Shown here one piece after another: positions 12,279 to 24,308 of a DNA stretch of 64,000 bases. Source of the stretch: Anthoceros angustus (lineage: Eukaryota > Plantae > Anthocerotophyta). The stretch is taken from assembly GCA_010909165.1 (NCBI GenBank), contig VJWM01000203.1, positions 186,001 through 250,000 of the forward strand, given 5' to 3'. The first letter of the stretch is position 1; each line of letters opens with the position of its first letter. A program made the translations under genes and the position numbers. A model generated the notes under the pieces. That model searched no databases. It was not told the DNA's origin and saw only the letters and a program-made list of their open reading frames with translations.

Positions 12279-15060
12279 ATGAAGAGAGTAGGTAGATTGA
12301 TGATCGGCAATGTTGCTTCCCGGAGCCTGGTTGAAGGTGAGGCCTGTCAGCGCAGCAGCCCTTTGGAGGATTGGTGCAGAAATCTATCGTCGCTACGAAG
12401 CACAGCAGAGCAACGCAAATCCGGGCCGCCTGCTTGTCTGCATGCCTACCCATTTCTAGCGGAAGATTGTATGAGCGGAGGAGCTGGCCGTAATGGGTTT
12501 AGCAGGTTTGGACCATGTTGCTTTGTATTGGGTTGTTCACAGACGTGAATTTGCCGGGAGAGTGGGCTTTTGTGTGTTTGACAGTCCCCTCCTCACCTTT
12601 GGCAGGTTGGAAAGGTTTGTACCGGTTTTGGGTGATGGCAAGTGGAGCGAATTCGGTGAGGAAGGACAGCTCACGGAGGCGGTAGATGTGTTGGACCTTA
12701 TGGTGCAGCAAGGATCTTATGTTCCTGCATATCCCTTCTATCGTGTTGTCAAGAGGTGCATTGCGGACAGGAATCTCAAGGTTGGCAGGCGGGTTCATGC
12801 CATCGCTGTAGAAAGCGGGTATGAGTCAAGGACATTGCTGGCCAACCACTTTCTTCGCATGTACGCTTCTCATGGCACCTTACAAGAAGCCTTGCAGGTT
12901 TTCGACAAGTTGGCTGCACCCAACGCTTTCTCCTGGTTTTTTATCATGTTGGCACACGTTGAACGTGGAGAGCCTATGCAGGCCATTGCCCTTTATCGCC
13001 ACATGCGACAGTCCAGTGTGAGGCCAGACAATCATACGTTTGTGCCGGTCCTCAATGCCTGCGCTAGAGCAGCAGATCTGTCATCTGGCAAGCAGGTTCA
13101 TGCTGATGTTTTGGGAAGTGCACTTGAGCCGGATATGTTTGTCCACAACTGCCTGGTGCATATGTATGCAAAATGCGGGAGCGTGGAGGATGCTCGCAAA
13201 CTGTTTGACAGTCTCCTCACTAGGGATGTGGTGACCTGGACTGCAATGATTGCAGGGTATGCTGAGCAGGGAATGGGTCAAGAAGCCCTTTCGCTTTATG
13301 CAAGTATGCAGAAGGAGGGTCTGGTTCCAGCCGATCGGGTAACGTTTGTGTGCCTGTTGAATGCGTGTGCCAGCACTGGGGCTTTACGTGAGGGCACCGA
13401 GCTGCACCGTCAAATCGAAGAAAGAGGGCTGGCAACTGACATCCTTGTTGCCAATAGTGTGGTAGACATGTATGCTAAATGTGGCAGCCTGGAGGATGCA
13501 TGTAGAGTGTTTGACAGCTTGCAGGTAAAAGATGTGATATCATGGAATGCCATGCTCACAGGCTATGTTCAGCATGGGCGTTTTCAAGAGGCCCTCACTC
13601 TTCATTCAATGATGCAGGCAGAAGGCATGACTCCAGCTGATTACGTCACGTTTGCATGCCTTCTGAAAGCATGTGCCAGCACTGGGGCTTTGCATCTGGG
13701 CAAGCAGCTGCACTCTCAGATCCAGCACAGAGGGCTTGAAATCGATCTGGTTATTGGCAGCAGCCTCGTGGACATGTATGCAAAATGTGGCAGCTTAGAG
13801 GATGCTCGTAAAGTATTTGACGGTTTGCAGGCGAGAGATGTGGTGACTTGGACTGCCATGCTGACAGGATATGCTCAGAATGGGTATGGTCAAGAAGCAC
13901 TGTCCCTATTTACATGTATGCAGCAGGAGGGTATGACACCCGGCAATGACGTTACGTTCGTGTGCCTCCTGAAAGCATGTGCGAGTGTGGGAGCTCTACA
14001 ACAAGGAAAGCAGCTCCATTCTGAGGCTCGGAGAAGGGGAGTTGAAGGGGATGTGATTGTTGGCAACAGTCTGATTGACATGTATGCAAAATGTGGGAGC
14101 TTAGAGGACGCTCGTAGAGTTTTTGACAGAGTGCCTGCCAAAGATGTAGTGACATGGAATGCTCTGTTGAATGGATATGGCCAGAGTAACGACGGCCAGA
14201 TGGCACTCCGGTGCTTTCAAGAGATGCAACAGCAGGGAGTCGAACCCAATGACGCCACGTTTGTGTGTCTTCTGGTTGCATGCAGTCATTCAGGATTGGT
14301 GAACGAGGGTCGGCAATACTTCAAAACGATGCAGGAACGCTACGGGATAGCACCCACAATTTTTCATTATAATTGCATGGTTGATCTTCTGGGGCGGTCA
14401 GGCCATCTAGAAGAGGCAGAAAACATGTTATGCACCATGCCGTTTGAAATCGATGTTGTAGGTTGGACGACTTTGCTTGGTGCCTGCAAAAGTCATGGCG
14501 ATATTACGAAGGGAAGGCGATGTTTTGACCACCTGGTGAAACTAGAACCTCAGAATGCGGCAGCGTACGTGATCATGGCCGATATCTACGCTAAAGCTGG
14601 GAGGCAGGGGGATGTAGACGAGATAGAAAGGCTGAGAAAGACTGCAGGTGCTTGCAAGAAGCCTGCAAGTGCCTGCATTGAGGTAGATGACAGGGTTCAC
14701 ACATTTTTTGTTGGGGAAGAAAGGGATGACGTTTCCTCCAAGCTGAACAGTGTAGATCAGCAATTAGAGGACAAACAAGGCAAGGCAGTGCATGGGCAGG
14801 TGGAGACGGAGGCAGGCTCGAGCAGAGAGCACGATGACGGATTGTGCGGACACGCAGAGAAATTGGCATTGGCTTACGGCCTCCTAAACACTTCAGATGG
14901 TACAACTTTGTTGGTCACGAAGAATCTTAGGATGTGCAATGACTGCCACAATGGCACTAAGGCCATGTCAAGGATAGAGAAGCGCGAAATCATTGTTAGA
15001 GATGCACACCGTGTTCACCATTTTGTGGATGGGTTTTGTTCTTGCGGAGATCAGCATTGA
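12279..15060 (+). CDS. PLS-class PPR protein with E1-E2-DYW:KP domain (ends DQH); candidate organellar U-to-C RNA editing factor
   Basis: Exon 1 12279-12505 (MKRVGRLMIGNVASRSL..., transit-peptide-like), a 100 bp GT-AG intron 12506-12605, and exon 2 12606-15060 joining in frame. About 17 P/L/S motifs, then KKPASACIEV (KP box), GHAEKLALAYG, KNLRMCNDCH, CSCGDQH. Confidence 0.93.
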
Positions 15061-15154
15061 TCCTGTCTGTGCTTCTTCTGTCTTCCGCGGCGGTGTACTT
15101 CCAGATGTTTCACTGGACACTGCATTGTGACCATGGTAGGGCAGGGATATCTCC

Positions 15155-16295
15155 TCAACTTTGCCACTCTGTTCCACAGCCTGTACAAACTTGAGGCACC
15201 TATCCAATCCAACAGAACGAGTTGAGCAAAGGAAATTCCGGGCACGAGCTAACTGCAGACAGACAAGGGAAACGAGGAAAGAAAAGACGCACTGGTCGTT
15301 TTTTGCCGTTCCTCATCATGGGTACGCAGTAGGAATGTACCCTGACAGAGCACTCCTCGTTCCGGCACGGTTGAGCCTACTTCAATTAAACAAGTTTAAT
15401 CTCCGGGCACCTTGAGGGGCAGAGCCAGAGACAAGGAAAGGAGAGCTTGTACCTTGACCGCAGACTCATGGCAGACTGTACAGTAGGGTACATCGAAATT
15501 CTTGAAGGAGGTCCGGAATTCCAAGAAGGATCTCACACCCAAGCCAACAGAGCCGTCATCCCTGCGGTCCAGCCACCTGTCTTTGCTCAATTCCCTCAAA
15601 GTCCTCTCTGTTTCAGCGAAGGTCAATTTCACACCAGGCTCCGCCTGCCAGGGTGAAGGAACAGCTGTGTCAGCTCCTTGCGTGTGGTCAAAACCAGCAG
15701 CAGGAGCAAGGTGGCGATCCTGCATGTCACCTGATTCAGGAGTGGAAGATTGAACATATCTGTACTTGAAACCTCCCCAGACGAGTTTTGGAGGATGGCC
15801 TCCATCTGCACTCACAATTGTTGGAGTACGTCACGTTGTTAAAAGGTGTTGCACGTCTTGTTCCTCTCAGGCAGGCACACCTTCTCCTCCTTCTGGAAAG
15901 TTACAGGAATAATCTACCACTGAATTGAAGAAGGCAATCTGCGCGTAGGAATAGCGCGTGCCCAGCTTCGCCTGCGCGTTGCTGAGCTTGTTCACCAGGC
16001 CGTAGTTCATCACCCCCGAGTTCTGGTCTCTAGCCCATCTCAGCTCCATTTGAACGAAGTCCAGCTCCTTGTTGATGGCGCCCATGACAGCCAAGAATTC
16101 CTCTTTGGAATTCCGTCAGACGAGAGGGATTGTCAGCACAGGAGCAGCAGGAAGAAGGGAAAGGGCAGTGAGGGCCATACCTTTGTCGCCTGCAAAGAGG
16201 CCCTTGTGCAATCTGGTAACCTCGTCCTCAGGAAGCGGGCCTCGGGTCATGAGCGCCTGTATGAAGGCGTGATGCCGCTTGTCCAGCTTCCCCAT
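15155..16295 (-). CDS. NSE1: NSE1, SMC5/6 complex subunit (winged helices plus RING-like domain), multi-exon
   Basis: Spliced pieces read MGKLDKRHHAFIQALMTRGPL; INKELDFVQMELR...KLGTRYSYAQIAFF; LGVRSFLEF...VPYCTVCHESAVK; AQPCRNEECSVRVHSYC; VPQVCTGCGTEWQS-stop at 15155. Introns are GT-AG. Confidence 0.9.
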
Positions 16296-18014
16296 GGCTG
16301 CCAAAGACGCTTCGCTTGCACCACCGCCACTCTCTCTTCCCGCGCTCGCCGTGTGGTTTGCTTTTCCCACTTTCAAGACAAGTACTGTTTTGGGTTGTTT
16401 CAGGCTAAGTACCTACCTAGACTACCAATTCTACAGACCTATATTATTTGTGGGCAGAATTCTGTAAACGCGGAGACTTTGAGAAGGGAAGTCCCATCTA
16501 CACGGGGCAATGAGGAACAAGCCTCTAGAACGCAACTAGGCCCCCCAATGTCTACTATGAAGCTACCAACCGCTTGTAAGAAGCAAAGAGAATTGCAGTG
16601 CTTGTTTGTATATATGTAGACTATGTAGATTGTAGGTCCAAGAACAAGGCTGGTCGCAAGGGCGTGCATTAGAGAAAACGAAGTCTATTTCAGTCCAATT
16701 GGACGGAATTTCCTGTCAAGCCCCCTTCACAACGTGCACCATGGTGTGCCTAAGCTACTTGCCCCAAGGGCATCCACTCCCTCCAGACACCCCATGTAAG
16801 TATCGATCTAAGTCACTTGGAAGTTAACAATTTGTACCATTGTGTGCCAAGTAAGCTACTTGCACCAAGGGCATCCACTCCCATTAGGCAACCCATGTGA
16901 AGTACCCATTCCCTCTAGGCACCCCATCTTTTAAGTACCGATCTAAGCAGAGGATGTTTAAGAACGGTGTTCTTATAAACGTGCGTCCATTTGGCCTAAG
17001 CTATTTTGAAGTACTGAACTCAGTTGATGACTCCAATCTGAGAAGCTTACACCTCCATACCTTCTTGAGAATGAGCAGGTTAGAGGATGGGGAGTATGGA
17101 TCATGTTACGTCTTGAGGAGCGAGGAAGCAGGTAGGGGGACTGCACTATTTCCTGGATGGCACTGGTAACATTCACTCACGCAGTTGTTGCCACTTGCCG
17201 TTGGCACTAGGTCTAGAAAGCTGTTGGGTCAACGTCACCGGTATGTTGTTGTTGAACAAGGGGAAAAAAACAGAAGCATGGCCGCCTAGAAGGCTCCCCC
17301 GGGCCAGCAGACTGCCACATTTTGCACCCACATCGGCTCTGCTCTGCTCAGCCCAGGATGCGTCCTTCGTCTCCAACCTGCCCTCATGCTGGGCCATGAC
17401 GACAAATACTGCCCCATCTGTAGCAAGAAAAACAAGTAGAGTGAACGATCCACCATCCTGTGTCGCAGCTTTGCCCATCCTGCGGCATGCCGCGGCTGGA
17501 CTGCTCATTCCTGTCGAAGCCCCATGGATCCTGATCCATGCTGGTAACCACTTATGTATTTGGGTCTCTTTGGGATTGTTGACAGATTTATCCAACTTTT
17601 CATCTTTTTAAACGGCGTATCTGGCGGTCCCAAGTCTGTGGCGGGGAGCAACGGAAAGGAAAGAGGGACATCGAGAGCGGAAGGAAGGAAGCAGAGCGGA
17701 CGACTGCCATCAGCCGCAGGACGGGCAGGCCAACAGGCACAGTGCTACTGGTGACCAGCAACAGCAGCAGGCCGTGTCTTGTCTCTTTGGTGTCACTACT
17801 ACCTACTACGTAGTAGGCCAGTCTCGTATGCAGCAGGCAGTAGTGTATCGTAAACGCAACGCTTGTGCAACCGCCGCCTGTGAGAGAGCCAAGGCAGGCA
17901 TGGAGACCCAGATGCTGCTGCTGCTGCTGCTGAAGGATTGTGTGACTCAACCCTAGTGGGGATCGAGCGCTGCCTTGCGTGCGTGCCTTGCTCTTTGCCC
18001 TACCTGCCACAGCC

Positions 18015-20466
18015 ATGGCACGCATTTGTCCGGGGAGCAATATCAAGCACCACCCACCACTGGGCCTGGGCCGGCTATCCTCTCGCGTCACCACGAGCGC
18101 GGCGCAGCAGGCGGCATCAGGCGATGGCGTTGTGGGTCACGGCGCCAGGGGCCACGCCAGAGTGGGGTGCATACCCAACACCGCCTCCTCCTTCGCTGGC
18201 CTACACTGGAAGGAGAGCAGGAGGCTTCACCTGCCAGCAGCGGCGTCGTCCATGGACTCGGTGCTGGAGGCCGTGGGTGGTGCCCAGATTGAGGAGGACA
18301 AGGCTGAGCGGGTGGGAGTGTTGCTGCTGAATCTGGGCGGGCCTGAATCTCTGGAGGATGTGCAGCCCTTCTTGTACAACCTGTTTGCGGATCCGGTGAG
18401 CTTGAACACTGTCCCCCGCCCACGGTGTTCTTTGTTCCAGAAGCTGGCGTGTATAATTGACGTGTGCAACAGTTTTTGTGGTATGCAGGATATCATTCGG
18501 TTGCCAAGACTATTCAACTTCTTGCAGCGCCCGCTTGCCTCCTTCATCTCCACTCTGAGAGCTCCCAAGAGCGCTGAGGGCTACGCTGCCATCGGTGGAG
18601 GCTCACCTCTGCGGAGGATAACAAACGAGCAGGTCGGTTGGCTTCCTCTGCATCATGTGAAGCCAGCCTGGCTTGTGTAGTCTGCTGCTGGTTCATCAAA
18701 ATCCAACCTTTCTTTTTTTGCCTCCTGTGCAGGCGGAAGCTCTCAGAGAAGCTTTAGCCAGGAAGGATGTGAAGGCCCATGTCTATGTTGGAATGCGCTA
18801 TTGGCACCCATTCACTGAGGAGGCGATTGAGCAGGTTAGCAGTAGCCTAGGCTGCGTCGAGCAACTCATATGTGGTGGTTTTGCTGCAATTCCAGTGCTG
18901 CTATACACCCCCGGGAAGCGAGCGTCTTGTTCCGATTTCTTAGGACGTGCATGTGACCTTGCAGATTAAAAGGGATGGGATCACGCGGCTGGTGGTCTTG
19001 CCTCTGTACCCCCAGTTCTCCATATCTACAAGTGGTTCCAGTCTCCGGTTGCTGGAAAGTATCTTTAGGTTAGTGGATTATGAGGGTCCCAGTATTTTTG
19101 CATGTAATATGTGTGGTGGCAACAGGAGAGATTGTGTTAGTTAACCTCGTTTTGTACACCTTTTCGCAGGGAGGATGAGTACCTTGTTAATATGCAGCAT
19201 ACGGTGATCCCATCATGGTTTCAGCGAGAAGGATATGTGCAGTCCATGGCAACCTTGATACAACAGGAATTGAAGAAGTTTGAAAGACCTGATGAGGTTT
19301 GCATTGTCTCTTGGAAGTTGGATGTTTGTAGCTACGGACACCCAGGAAGGATAGAGCAACTCGGCCTAGAAGAATGTCGTGTCTCGGCCGAAAAAGCTTA
19401 GTTTTGCTCGACTGACAAGGAATTGATGGCAGGTGAACATATTTTTCAGCGCTCATGGTGTGCCAGTCTCCTATGTTGAAGAAGCTGGTGATCCTTACAA
19501 GGCGGAGATGGAGGAATGCGTGGATCTTATTATGACAGAATTGCAAGACCGAGGAGTAATCTGTGAGCACACGTTAGCTTACCAGGTATGACCTGCATAA
19601 GACCAGCGAGCATTGTTAGTGGCTGCTACAAGCCGTGTTCAAAAGATGATGCCATGGGAACTCAAGGACACTCTGTGGTTGTGATGCAGAGTAGGGTTGG
19701 ACCTGTTGAGTGGTTGAAGCCCTACACGGATGAGACCATCAGGATGCTGGGCAAGAGAGGAGTCAAGAGTTTACTGGCAGTACCTATTAGGTTGGTGGAT
19801 GTGCTGTGTAACAGCAGAGCGTAATGCCTTATGGTCCCATGACTTGTGTTATGATTTATTACCTGGACTGTTTTGAGTTACTCACCTAGTTCCCTTCCTT
19901 CCTGTCAACCAGCTTCGTGAGTGAGCATATTGAAACTCTGGAGGAGATCGACATGGAGTATAGAGAGCTCGCTCTTGAATCAGGGATTGTGAACTGGGGC
20001 AGAGTTCCAGCCCTAGGTTGTGACCCTACTTTCATCGACGACCTTGCAGATGCAGTCATAGAGGCTCTCCCTTACGTTGGAGCCATGGCCGTATCCAATC
20101 TTGAAGCGCGTCAGGTGCCTATGTTGTGCTGCCGTGCAGCGTAATCTTCAATTTTTTTTTTATGGATTTTGTATTGATTTCCAAGATCGTTGTCCAGGAA
20201 AGAATTTCAAGTGAATGATGTGGTGAGTGTGATACGTGCAGTCGCTGGTGCCTCTGGCTAGTGTGGAGCAGTTGCTCGCCACATATGATGCGCTGCGAAG
20301 GGAGCTGCCAGCGCCTGTGGCTGTCTGGGAATGGGGCTGGACCAAAAGTGCGGAGACATGGAATGGCCGAGTGGCAATGCTGGCTGTGTTGGGTCTTCTG
20401 GTGTTGGAGGTGACCACAGGGCAGGGTCTACTGCACCAGTGGGGTCTGCTTCCTCTAGTTCATTGA
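18015..20466 (+). CDS. FC2: Plastid ferrochelatase with C-terminal CAB/LHC motif (FC2 type), multi-exon
   Basis: [84 protein letters not shown], and a C-terminal [16 protein letters not shown] transmembrane CAB motif. Short GT-AG introns. Confidence 0.96.
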
Positions 20467-20773
20467 GCCAGATCAAGGCAGTCATGACTGACAATGTGAT
20501 GTATATAGGCGTACACCTGACAAAGTGGTGAAGAAACTTTGCCGGTGCTGGCATAATTTGCTGTAGCCACCTACATACATACTCGAAAAGATGAAAAATT
20601 ACCAGACTTCCCTGGCATGGCTTAGACTTGATGTTTGCTTTTATCATGCGATGTCGACTTTGTTGAGATCGCATTTACGGGAAGGGCCCCCTTCATTGCA
20701 CTGCACCGGATCGCCCTCACATTAAAAACAAGAAGGCAGAACCTGCAATCCGTGAGCTGGGGGGGCTCTAGCT

Positions 20774-23512
20774 CTACAACGTGGTATGCCACAGGTTAAT
20801 GCCCCTTTCCTTCATTTCAACACTCAGTTCTTCCAGCCTTGCGTACACCTGTGGGGTTTGCTGGTGGCTTCTGTCACCTGCAGCAAACATCACTACCTCC
20901 TCATTATACTCGATCCAACTCTGACCTAGCTTTTTAGGTGCTCCCGCCTGCACTCGCAGTTCCTCGATCTCTTTAGCATCATCCCACAGGTAAGATTGGG
21001 TATAGATGTTGGACATCATCATGTATGCTCCACCTCTTTTCGGATCCAAGCAGACTACGTGCTCGAAAGCTCTTCTCCCAAGCTCTACATTATGATGTTT
21101 ACGACAGGCACTAAGCAATGACAACCACACACTTAAGTGCGGGCCAGTCGGCATGGTCGACATCAAGTGTTCAGCTTGGCTGAAGAGACCTGCGCGGCCG
21201 AGAAGGTCAATCAGACTGACATAATGTTCAGTTGCCGCAGTTATGGCATGCTCTCGAGTCATGGTCAGAAAGCATTCCAGGCCCGTCTCAACCACGCCGC
21301 TGTGACTGTATGCAGACAGGAGGGAAACAAAAGTCACTCCATCCGGTCTCATCTGCATCTGTCGCATTCCATCAAAACAATGCAAACTCTTGTCACATTC
21401 ACCTTGTCTGGCGTATCCTGCAATCAAGGCATTCCAGGACACGATGTCGCGCTCATGCAACAGCGAGTCAAACACGTTCTGTGCATCTTTCATGCTTCCA
21501 CAATTGCCATATGCATGGATGAGAGTGTTTCTCACCGACAGGCTCCACCCCAAGCCACTCTCCAAAACGTCACGGTGGATTTGAGCAGTCATATTCAAAG
21601 CCCCCATACTGCTGCAGGCTTTGAGAATGCAAAGAAAAGTGGTCTCGTCTGGCCTCACACCCCGCTCTCGCATTCGGCCATAAAGTTTCAATGCTTTAGC
21701 ACCCTGTTCCTGAAGGTTGTATCCTGCAATCATAGCATTCCATAAAACCACATGGTGGTGACACAAAACTTCAAAAATACGCTGCGCATCGGCAATGCTC
21801 CCACAGTTAGCATAAGTGTGAAGCAGAGTGCTGCCAACAAAAATGTCTGACCCATATCCACGTCCAGCAACGTCATGGTGTACTTCCTTAACCTTGTGTA
21901 GGGTGTTCACTCTCACTGATACTCCATCGATGACAGTCTCCTTCTCCACAACTGCAAGGCTACCACAGGCTTTGAGCACATTCACAAATGTGCGATCATC
22001 TGGTTTCACGCCACTCCCCTCCATCCGGCCGTACAATTGGAGAGCTGTATCACCCTGTTCCTGCAAGGTGCACCCCGCAATCATTGCATTCCATGTCACA
22101 ACATCGCGGTAGGGCAAAGTGTCAAACACAAGCCTGGCATCCAGAATGCTACCACACTTGGAGTACATGTCAACCAGAGTGTTGCACACAAAAATGTCCG
22201 ACTCATATCCCTTGCTAAGAGCTTCAGCATGTGTCTGCTTGCCCTTGCGGAGTGCATGCAACTTCACCAACTGGCCATCCACACACAAAACTTCGTCAGA
22301 AGCTGCAAGGATGCCACAGGCTTTGACAACACTAACAAAGGTGCGATTATCTGGTCTCACAGCTTCATCCTCCATCCGATTGTACAGCTGCAAAGCCTTC
22401 TCTGCTTGTTCATGCTGTGTGTAACCTGCAATCATTGCATTCCAGGACACAGTGTTTCGCCACGACAATGAATCAAAAACCTGCTGTGCATCGACAAGGC
22501 ATCCACAGCTTGTATACATGTGAATGACCGTGCTGCTGACAAAGGAATCCACCTGGTATCCCATGTTAACCACTTGAGCATGCACAACCTTGCCCTTCCA
22601 TAGGGACTCTAATTTCACCGCTAGCCCATCTACTAGCGTCTCCTCTTCCTCCGCTGCTAGACTCCCACATGCTTTGAGTACACTAACAAACGTTCGATCA
22701 TCTGGTACAACACCTTCCTCTTGCATTAGGCCGTACAGTCTGAGAGCATCCTCACTTCGCTGTTGCTGAGCATATCCAGCAAGCATCACATTCCATGACA
22801 CCACATCACGTTGGCACAAAGTGTCAAAAATCCCACGTGCATCCGAGAGGCTGCCACACTTAGCGTACATACTAACCAGGGTGTTACCCACCACCAGGTC
22901 TAGCTTGCAGTTGAGATTGAGGAGGTGGAAATGTATACGCTTGCCTTCCTTCAGGTTCGCCAATTTGCTACAAGCTTTCAGTACGGTGACAAGAGTGTAC
23001 TTGTTGGGCTTCACACCTGCCTGCTGCATCCGGCGATACATCCCAAGAGCCTCATTGTACTGCCCACTTCTGACATACCTTGCGATGATCGCTGTCCACG
23101 AGAAAACAGTCCGTTGGGGTAAACCGTAAAACACCTGCAATGCTTCTTGCACGCTTTCGCACCTGAACAGCCTCTTCACAACGGCTTCTTCCACCAACTT
23201 GGTAAACTGGGGCCCAGTTCGAACTCGCTCGCCTTCCCCCTTGCTCCTCTTGCTCAGGCATGGAGGACTGCTGCAAGCCACTGCCTGCACGCGCAGGATT
23301 CCATCCGCGGCCTTTTTCTTTAGCAGGCGTCCACCGTCACATCTACCTTGCTTGAGACGAAACTCTCCAAACTGAATACTGCGATGCATGACAGAGGCAA
23401 CAATCCTCCCCGGAACCCACCCACCAGAGAAATCTAATCCGGCGCTTTGTGTGAAATGTCCACCACCCACAACCAGAAGAGTTGGCGAGAATTTGTGGGC
23501 GCAGGCAGGCAA
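20774..23512 (-). CDS. PLS-class PPR-E+ protein (PG-box only, no catalytic DYW) with elongated L motifs
   Basis: Long ORF; 23512 is TTG and the first in-frame ATG is 23389, so the true start is uncertain. P-L-S triplets, three L motifs with a ~15 aa insert (e.g. AAEEEETLVDGLAVKLESL), E1/E2, then KKLGQSWIE...GDRSHQ...EMKERG-stop with no HxE/CxxC. Confidence 0.9.
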   Translation of the reverse strand: MPACAHKFSPTLLVVGGGHFTQSAGLDFSGGWVPGRIVASVMHRSIQFGEFRLKQGRCDGGRLLKKKAADGILRVQAVACSSPPCLSKRSKGEGERVRTGPQFTKLVEEAVVKRLFRCESVQEALQVFYGLPQRTVFSWTAIIARYVRSGQYNEALGMYRRMQQAGVKPNKYTLVTVLKACSKLANLKEGKRIHFHLLNLNCKLDLVVGNTLVSMYAKCGSLSDARGIFDTLCQRDVVSWNVMLAGYAQQQRSEDALRLYGLMQEEGVVPDDRTFVSVLKACGSLAAEEEETLVDGLAVKLESLWKGKVVHAQVVNMGYQVDSFVSSTVIHMYTSCGCLVDAQQVFDSLSWRNTVSWNAMIAGYTQHEQAEKALQLYNRMEDEAVRPDNRTFVSVVKACGILAASDEVLCVDGQLVKLHALRKGKQTHAEALSKGYESDIFVCNTLVDMYSKCGSILDARLVFDTLPYRDVVTWNAMIAGCTLQEQGDTALQLYGRMEGSGVKPDDRTFVNVLKACGSLAVVEKETVIDGVSVRVNTLHKVKEVHHDVAGRGYGSDIFVGSTLLHTYANCGSIADAQRIFEVLCHHHVVLWNAMIAGYNLQEQGAKALKLYGRMRERGVRPDETTFLCILKACSSMGALNMTAQIHRDVLESGLGWSLSVRNTLIHAYGNCGSMKDAQNVFDSLLHERDIVSWNALIAGYARQGECDKSLHCFDGMRQMQMRPDGVTFVSLLSAYSHSGVVETGLECFLTMTREHAITAATEHYVSLIDLLGRAGLFSQAEHLMSTMPTGPHLSVWLSLLSACRKHHNVELGRRAFEHVVCLDPKRGGAYMMMSNIYTQSYLWDDAKEIEELRVQAGAPKKLGQSWIEYNEEVVMFAAGDRSHQQTPQVYARLEELSVEMKERGINLWHTTL

Positions 23513-24308
23513 CGTACATCCAGCCAGCTGCTGGCAGCCAAGGAAGACCCAAGACGATGGTATAACTTGAAATGGCGTCCAGCTGGAGAAAGGACATTCC
23601 TGCCAGAACTACCCGATCAATCAGTTTGCAGTCCATGTCGCGGTCGCCGTCGCCGCCGCCTTCTGCATGTCAGCGTAGCTAGATGTGCGCAGCAGCAGCG
23701 ATGGGTACTTGCTTCTTTCTGTTTCCCCGCACCCAGTTCAAATTTCTGCTTTCTACTGTGCACTGGGAGGTGAAACCTGAGGGGGGTATTTAGACAGCAT
23801 AGTCTAGTGTATGTAGACTATGTGGAAAGCTGGCTTGAGCTCGAAGGAAGTTGAAACAGGCCATGGGACAGGAGGTTTAAATCCGTTGCCTCCCTTGCCT
23901 GCCAAGGTGCGGTTGAGGGAAGGTAACAAGAGCGGGTAGGGCAACCGAAGGTAGAGGCAGGGCTACTACATACCTATATACAGTATCTATCTGCCTCTCC
24001 ATCTCCTTGTCTCTCTCGTTTGCGTCTTTTCATCTTCGTGGTATGTGTGTATCTCTGGAGACATTTTGTAATCAAACGATGCGATCACATTGTGGGCGTT
24101 AGTGTTGCTACTGCGAGCATCAGCAGACCGCATTCTCTGGCGTTGCTGTATGTAAACGGCAGCAGCAGCAGCAGCAGCAGACAAAGTCCTAGCTTGGGCT
24201 GGCAGGTCGTTCTGGGTTGTTGCGACGGCTATGGTGACGAGCGGGGCAGTTCGGCTGCGGTATGGAGTGTGCGGAAAGGAGTGATATGGTTGCTGGAAAG
24301 AGAAAGGA

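Noticed and set aside
17173-17595. 140 aa minus-strand ORF containing DVGAKCGSL
   Set aside because: At most a highly decayed PPR scrap with no full motif; not supportable as a gene.
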